Of a DNA stretch of 64,000 nucleotides, positions 61,361 to 64,000 are shown one piece after another. The DNA lies in NCBI RefSeq assembly GCF_030144855.1, contig NC_082706.1:115382001-115446000 (forward strand), in the 5' to 3' direction. A program made the translations under genes and the position numbers. The notes below the pieces were generated by a model. It saw only the letters and a program-made list of their open reading frames with translations. It was not told the origin of the DNA and made no database searches. This DNA comes from Hypanus sabinus (lineage: Eukaryota). Numbering within the stretch: the first letter of the stretch is position 1; every line of letters starts with the position of its first letter.

Positions 61361-61599
61361 CACTTGCATAACTGCTTTAGTTACAGACGTCAACTAAATG
61401 TCCCCAGCAGTACCTCTTCTGACTTCTCCCACTTTGCTGTCTGTCTTGACTCCTGCAAAGTTAAACTTCCATCCGAGCTGTTGACTCTTTCTGTTGCTGC
61501 TTAACCAGCTGAACATTTCCATCATTTTATGCCTTTGTTTGATAGTAATATTAATTTAATGTTATTTCTTTATTATTAATATTATCAGTGAGGATTGGT

Positions 61600-63545
61600 A
61601 TTAAAATTTCCTCCACACTGGCAATCTGAACAGGCAGAGCTCAAGGAAGCATGCTTAGCCCACTGCTCTACTTACGCCATTTACACTCAGGACTGTGTGG
61701 CTATGCACATCTCAGACACGATTTATCAATTCACTGTCATTGGCAAAATCTCAGGAGTAAGATAGATCAGCTGGTTGAGTGGCGTCACAACAACAACTTT
61801 GCTCTCAACATCGGGAAGACAAAGGAATTGATTGTGAACTTTGGGAAAGGAAAGTCCGGAAAACACACACCAACCCTCCTTGAGGAGCCAGTGGTGGGAA
61901 AGCTGAGCAGTTGCAAGTTCCTGGCCCTCAGCGTGTCGGAGGATCTATCCTGAGCCCAGTCTGTTAGTGCAATCGTTAAGGCGGCACACTAGGAGCTATA
62001 CAGGAGATGAGGAGATTTGATTTGTCACTAAAAAACTCTGGCACGTTTCTACAAATGTAAGGAGGAGAGGATTCTGTCTGGTTACATCTCCACCTGGAAT
62101 GGAGGCTCCAATGAACTGGATCAAAAGGGTCGTAGACTCAGCAAGCTCCACCATGGGTACAACCTGCCTCATCATCAAGCTGGCATTGATCAATAGACAA
62201 TAGACAGTAGGTGCAGGAGTAGGCCATTCAGCCCTTCTAGCCAGCAACACCATTCACTGTGATCATGGCTGATCATACACAATCAGTACCCCGTTCCTGC
62301 CCTCTCTCCATATCCCTTGACCCCACTATCTACAAGACCTCTATCTAACTCTTGAATGCATCCAGAGACTTGGCCTCCACTGTCTTCTGGGACAGAGCAT
62401 TCCACATATCCACCACTCTCTGGGTGAAAAAGTTTTTCTGCATCTCTGTTCTAAATGGCCTACCCCTTATTCTTAAACTGTGGCCTCTAGTTCTTGACTC
62501 ACTCATCTGCGGGAACATACTTCCTGCCTCCAGTGTGTCTAGTCCCTTAATAATCTTATATGTTTCAATCAGATCCCCTCTCATCCTTCTAAATTCCAGT
62601 GTATACAAGCCCAGTCGCTCCAATCTTTCAACATATGACAGTCCCACCATTCCGGGAATTAATCTTGTGAACCTATGCTGCACTCCCTCAATAGCAAGAA
62701 TGTCCTTCCTCAAATTTGGAGACCAAAACTACACACAATACTCCAGGTGGGGTCTCACCAGGGCCCTGTACAGCTGCAGAAGGACCTCTTTACTCCTATA
62801 CTCAATTCCTCTTGTTATAAAGGCCAGCATGCCATTAGCTTTCTTCACTGCCTGCTGTACCTGCATGCTTACTTTCATTGACTGATGTACAAGAACACCT
62901 AGATCTCATTGTACTTCCCCTTCTCCTAACTTGACTCCATTTAGATAGTAATCTGCCTTCCTGTTCTTGCCACCAAAGTGAATAACCTCACATTTATCCA
63001 CATTAAACTGCATCTGCCATACATTTGTCCACTCACCCAACCTGTCCAAGTCACCCTGCATTCTCATAACATCTTCCTGACATTTCACACTGCCACCCAG
63101 CCTTGTGTCATCAGTAAATTTGCTAATGTTACTTTTAATCCCTTCATCTAAATCATTAATGTATATCGTAAACAGCTGCGGTCCCAGCACCGAACCTTGC
63201 GGTACCCCACTTACTGATACCTTGTGGTATCATTAAGGACAGGTGCTATCCCAGACATGCCCTCTCTTCATTTCTACCATTGCTGAGGAGGTACAGGAGC
63301 CTGAAGAGCCACAGTCAACAGTTCAGGAATAGCTTCTTCTCCACCATTAAGGTTTTAAATGGACCATGAACCCATGAATACTACCTTACTTTTTCTCTGC
63401 CTTATTTATTTACTTACCTGTCTATTGATCTATCTATTTATTTATTGTAACTTTTAGTAATTTTTATGTCTTTCACTGTACTGTTTCAACAAAAAAAATT
63501 TCATGACATACATCAGTGAAAACGAACCTGATTTTGATTCTGATT
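61600..63545 (+). mobile_element. Rex1/Babar-like LINE split by a CR1 insertion
   Basis: MLSPLLY, LNIGKTKELIVNF, KFL (61651-61953); resumes about 63225 with RYRSLKS..FRNSFF and GATTTT/GATTCT tail. Confidence 0.75.
62191..63212 (-). mobile_element. CR1 LINE, 5'-truncated
   Basis: [48 protein letters not shown]; CAATAGA tandem tail at about 62191-62206. Confidence 0.93.
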
Positions 63546-63584
63546 TTGCACTGTATGCCTCAAAGTTTCAAAGTAAATTTATTA

Positions 63585-64000
63585 TACCAGACAACAAAGA
63601 TTTTGCTTCCTGAATATTTCTGGGTGCATCATATGGATTTTGGGTTGCTGATCTAACACGGATTTTGAATCTTATATTGAGTGAGCATCATCTGATAACT
63701 GAATCTGAGTTAAATGACCTGGTCAGAGACTTGGGTTTGTCAGAGGCAAAAACAGAATTACTGAGTGTAAGGCCGCAAGGATGGAATTGGCTGTCACCAG
63801 GCACAAAAATTTCCAGGAAGTGTTTTGATACTTGAGACAGATGTTTCCCAGTATGCCAAGAGTAGGAAAGACTATTTTTGTTGGTCTACAAATCAAGCAG
63901 TTCATCAACAACAGGATATTCAAAGAACTTCTAGTGGGACCGGAGAAGATCACATGAATGTAGCTGAAAATTTTCTTGGCAATGACAGAGCAACAAACTA
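63585..64000 (+). mobile_element. Chapaev3-like (CMC superfamily) DNA transposon deletion derivative, runs off window
   Basis: HLITESELNDLVRDLGLSEAKTELLSVRPQGWNWL, then YLRQMFP, IFVGLQIKQFI, ENFLGNDRATN; family name assigned from memory of these motifs. Confidence 0.6.

Overview
Eukaryotic, repeat-dense non-coding DNA (intergenic or large intron) with one 552-N gap. I recognised no host protein-coding exon. The repeat complement (CR1 with SGNH-esterase ORF1, Rex1/Babar-like LINEs, V-SINEs, Penelope-like elements) suggests a cartilaginous fish, probably a ray (inference). The centre-piece is a nested stack at about 10.9-19.4 kb: a CR1 fragment split by a Rex1-like LINE, itself split by (a) an ORF2-less L1 carrying a probable 3' transduction and (b) a complete but decayed Gypsy (Mag-like) LTR retrotransposon. 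The Gypsy element has no tRNA primer-binding site. In its place is a 16-nt perfect complement of its own LTR polyadenylation-signal region, and its RT active site reads YLDN rather than YxDD. Other highlights: minimal hammerhead-ribozyme cores in Penelope-derived repeats; a 143-bp satellite built from a Penelope insertion junction that lost the ribozyme; a 2.1-kb 18-bp minisatellite born from a LINE coding motif; two solo LTRs with TSDs; and fossil Tigger, Harbinger and Chapaev3-like DNA transposons. Boundaries of decayed repeats are approximate; family names come from motif recognition by eye, not from a database search.
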